A stretch of 55,991 nucleotides of DNA, the filler included, from Platydemus manokwari (lineage: Eukaryota): NCBI GenBank assembly GCA_037951405.1. It is 4 parts of 4 records of this genome, joined end to end, with 100 filler letters (N's around TTAATTAATTAA, not from the genome) between each part and the next. Parts side by side here need not be neighbours in the genome. Positions count along the whole stretch, not along the records: positions 45,009 to 55,991 come from JBBMOY010997748.1; 3 more parts are not named here. One strand, given 5' to 3'. Made by a program: the position numbers and the translations under genes. Shown in pieces: positions 52,337 to 55,991 of this stretch. The notes beneath the pieces were generated by a model, which was given only the letters and a program-made list of their open reading frames with translations, made no database searches and was not told where the DNA came from. How positions within the stretch are numbered: position 1 is the stretch's first letter; each line of letters opens with the position of its first letter.

Positions 52337-53874
52337 ATTTTTAAAACAGATTTTGACTTAATAAATTAATTTCGTACTTTTATAATAAATATTCCTTCTT
52401 TTACATTGGAATTTGATTTAACAAAATAAATCTGAAGGATAAAACGATGCAATTTTTGAGCACTCGTTTAGATGAAAATATTTACAATGTCATCCATTGA
52501 TGGATTTTAGCAATGATTTTGAATCTCCAAATATTTACAAATCAGATTAACATTGTTATGACCGAGACAAAAAGCATGACGCTTTTAGAAATAATCTAGA
52601 TTGATTTATTGATCAAGAAATGGTATTGAAAAATAATTATGAAAATGATGTGTTGGTTAAAATTTAAGCTCAATATCGATGATATTATCATTATATTATT
52701 TGAATTATTATTAAAATAGTAAATGATAAGTAAAACATAAAAATAACAGATATCATGTGCACAATCACGTCTTTAATTAATTTAATTTCGTGAAATTAAA
52801 AATCGATATATTATGAATAATCTAAGATGAAAACAACACATTCTGAATTTTCAGATCACCTCATTATTTATTAACCAATCAAAACAGTTTTCATGAAATT
52901 TTTATAATTGATAAATGTGATCAATGAATGGCATTATAATATGAATTTTAGACCTCCTGATTATTCGTTAGCCAATCAAAACAGTTTATACGAAAATTTC
53001 ATAATTAATATCTGCTAACAAATACAAAATACTGACATTATTAGAAACTCTGAAAAAATGAAGACAAAAAATCTCGTCATCTAAGTGAAATGATTTTATA
53101 TATTCGATGAACCGGAGGCAGTCATGTTACAAGTATAACATCGTTTTATTTAGCTATTGTTCTACTTTATTTCTCCAAATAATTATTTGTTGATATGATG
53201 TCACATTTTCCTTTATCATGAAACAGATTTTGGAACAATTATTAGCGCTGAAATTGATCGAAACATCCTTGGTCGAGTGGAATTCTTTAACTGAGTTCTT
53301 GATGGTAAATCGAAATTGGAATAATCTGACGAATTAAAAGGATGCAGATGAGAAACTGTAAATATTGTTTAAATATGATGATGAATTTATTGAACAAGTT
53401 GGAAATTTTTCTTGATTCATGGATTCGATCGGGTTTTTTTTCAAAATTCTTTGACATCCTTATATATGCCACTACTGTAATTTCTTGTAGTGCATTGAAA
53501 TTCAGTATTATTAATATACTATAACATTATTATTTCCCTTATTAGATTCCCTTCACTAACCCGGATTAGTCGGATTAGTCACTGTTTTGTGGAAGCACAC
53601 TCAATTTATAAAAAAACTTTGCACCCCTCTCAGAATGTCTTTGACACCAGTGAAAAATATTATTTTGCGTTTTTCTTTTAGCGTTTTTTATATCAATTCT
53701 AGGGTTTTATGTACGAAATGTGATAAATTCTGGATAAAAAATTAGTTTGATATATTTTCCAATAAAAAAATAACATGATTAAAAAATAAATTAATCAATT
53801 CAAAATCCATAAATGTTATTAATAATTTGTGATGAAAGAACAACAAATATCAAGGTTTATTATTTCCTGTGAGT

Positions 53875-54510
53875 CATCAGGACTCCAAAACTTGATAAGT
53901 TTACGGAAATGCCAGAAGGTGCAAACGGAATAATAGTAATTATAATAAAATTTTAGAAGGATCCTGTTGGGTTATCAATCAACAATTTAGATCTGGAAAT
54001 TGAATTAACTAAAATATTACAATCAAAGCGTCAATAACAACGGTAAATCTTTCACAATTCACAAATCACTTAAAACGGGATCAGAGCCCGAAAGTCAAAA
54101 GCAGAGTCCAAAGTAATTAAAAAGACTGATTACTAAAAACCACACAAAGGTAAGCTCAACATTCAAGTTACCGACCAAAAAGACTGGCAGATATCCATGG
54201 AAATCAACCACTTTTATAGACCCATCGGGTGTGTCTGCTTGATGTCAGGAATCATCGTTTTCCATTTGCTGAATTTGTTAGTGGATCGATCTACTTGAAA
54301 TTTTCCTCGCATCTCTCGTGCCAGTGGCAGATATTTGAGCTTGCTGCAATTTGTAGGTATGTGCCTGTCAATTCTTAGATTCTAAATATGAGTTGATATT
54401 AGATAAACTCTGAATGGCTAACGGCACGTGTGTTTGTCGGGTCTCTGTGTATTGACCCTTTTTAGGGTTCTTTCCGAGGTTCTTAAGACCCTTTTGATTG
54501 ATTTGTGACA
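53875..54510 (-). mobile_element. Possible LTR with a following PBS-like motif
   Basis: GC-richer non-coding block. On the minus strand it starts TGTCACAAATC, contains TATAAAAG, ends ...CTTATCA and is followed a few nt later by TGGAGTCCTG. No partner LTR or TSD seen. Confidence 0.3.
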
Positions 54511-55991
54511 TGTGCAACAAATCGAAAATAAAAATTTAGCAATATGTTTATATTTATTCAGAATTTAATTATATTATGTTAATATTGTTATCAATTTCGA
54601 TTAGCAGAGAATATTATCACGAAGACAAAATGGAAACATTATAAAAATATAATATTATTATTATCGATTTACACATTGTTCAAACCCTACACATCAATAT
54701 CAAATGTAAAAGCTTTACAAGGTTCATAACAATATAAATCGATACTCAACACAGTCAATGACTATATAAATAATTCATGCAAAAATAGATGAGAATAATA
54801 AAAATATCAAAAATATCAGAATATTTACTCATCCGGAGAAGTCTAACTGCTAATTTCATCAATAGCGTTTCATGGTGTTTTGGTACGCAACTTTCTTGTT
54901 TCTGCTTATAGCAATACTCAACGTTATTCTCAAAATAACTCTGAGGTTTATACCTGTAAGGGAATACAGGATGAGTGATAATCTGGAGATTGGTGTCAGT
55001 GTCCTCCTCTCGGTTCTCTTAACATATTTAAGGAGTCTAAGACCATGGTCATCTTACTCACATTCACCATCAATAACTACTTCGATCTTGGCACTAACTG
55101 AAATTGTAATTTTGATCTTATATCAATCAATTTATCACATTAATCATTTTAAAAATAATATTGAAACCAATATTAATATCAGAATAAATCATGTTTTACT
55201 ATCGCGATATTTCATTATCGTGATGTTGATTTGATTTTGTGAACATCAGTTGTAAACATTATAATGATAAACAATAAATATAATGTTTTTGATATCTGAT
55301 TGTTTATATGTTGGAAATAATTCTGATATCAATAATCGTGATCAAAACAATATCATGATGTTATTATTTCAGGTGTGTTGTTGATAACAGATAAGGGTAC
55401 AGGCATTCAATGTTAATCGATATTTATTATGTTATCGATAAATCAATTATTATATATAAATAATAATAATAATATATTAAATTATTTAATAAATAATCGA
55501 TCATATAAAATCAAGAAAAAATAAATAATTTAAAAATTCTCAAAATCATAACAATGGACATGAAATTAGAATATGATATCGCGATAAATTGAAAATGAGA
55601 TTAAAATAATTTGAATGGCAACCAATATATTCTCGTTGTCATGGTAATACATCTCTAAAATCATTATTGATGTTCAAATATTCTCACGGAGAATAACAAT
55701 GGGATAATATCCACAAATAGCAATGAGTCATTTACTCATAAATAAATATCAACATCATATTACATAACAGTCATTATTTACTGATCATTCTCATCATGCT
55801 GATATCAACATCAATTCATATATAAATATCTCAAACAATATCTCATTCCATATAATTCATTATCATTCCAATCATCTCCATTCCCATATTCATTCGATAA
55901 CCTATCATCACCAATCCAATGAGGATAACAATATTGAGTTCATGTTTCATGTTGCTATTATATGTTGCTTGTTTCAATGTTGAAGGATCAT

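Noticed and set aside
1-55991. CRISPR arrays, rRNA, tRNA or prokaryotic operons
   Set aside because: No regularly spaced repeat-spacer array or recognisable structural RNA seen by eye; gene structure is spliceosomal.

Overview
AT-rich eukaryotic, most likely animal, genomic DNA with spliceosomal GT-AG introns. The window is four assembly pieces joined by an artificial 100-nt spacer (44N-TTAATTAATTAA-44N) at 14552, 33366 and 44909, so adjacency across these points is not biological evidence. Host genes: (1) seven internal exons of a CPS1/CPS III-type carbamoyl-phosphate synthetase (+, 14735-23663; 5' and 3' parts not seen); (2) nine exons of the E2/E3 hybrid UBE2O (-, 39677-34101); (3) a single exon of the sodium leak channel NALCN (domain I S3-S4; +, 42419-42732); (4) a small two-exon gene with a C-terminal IAP/MDM2-type RING (+, 51631-52336). 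Much of the remainder is transposon debris: a full-length but frameshifted pogo/Tigger element inside a CPS intron, two mariner fragments, a Merlin fragment, hAT-like and MITE-like non-autonomous elements, two RLE-type non-LTR retrotransposon remnants, and Gypsy/LTR remnants. I found no convincing previously undescribed biological system. The best leads are the apparent antisense interleaving of UBE2O and NALCN, a Cys-containing extension of the NALCN S3-S4 loop, a CPS1-type enzyme in an apparent invertebrate, and an orphan RING protein. All homology calls rest on remembered family sequences, not database searches.
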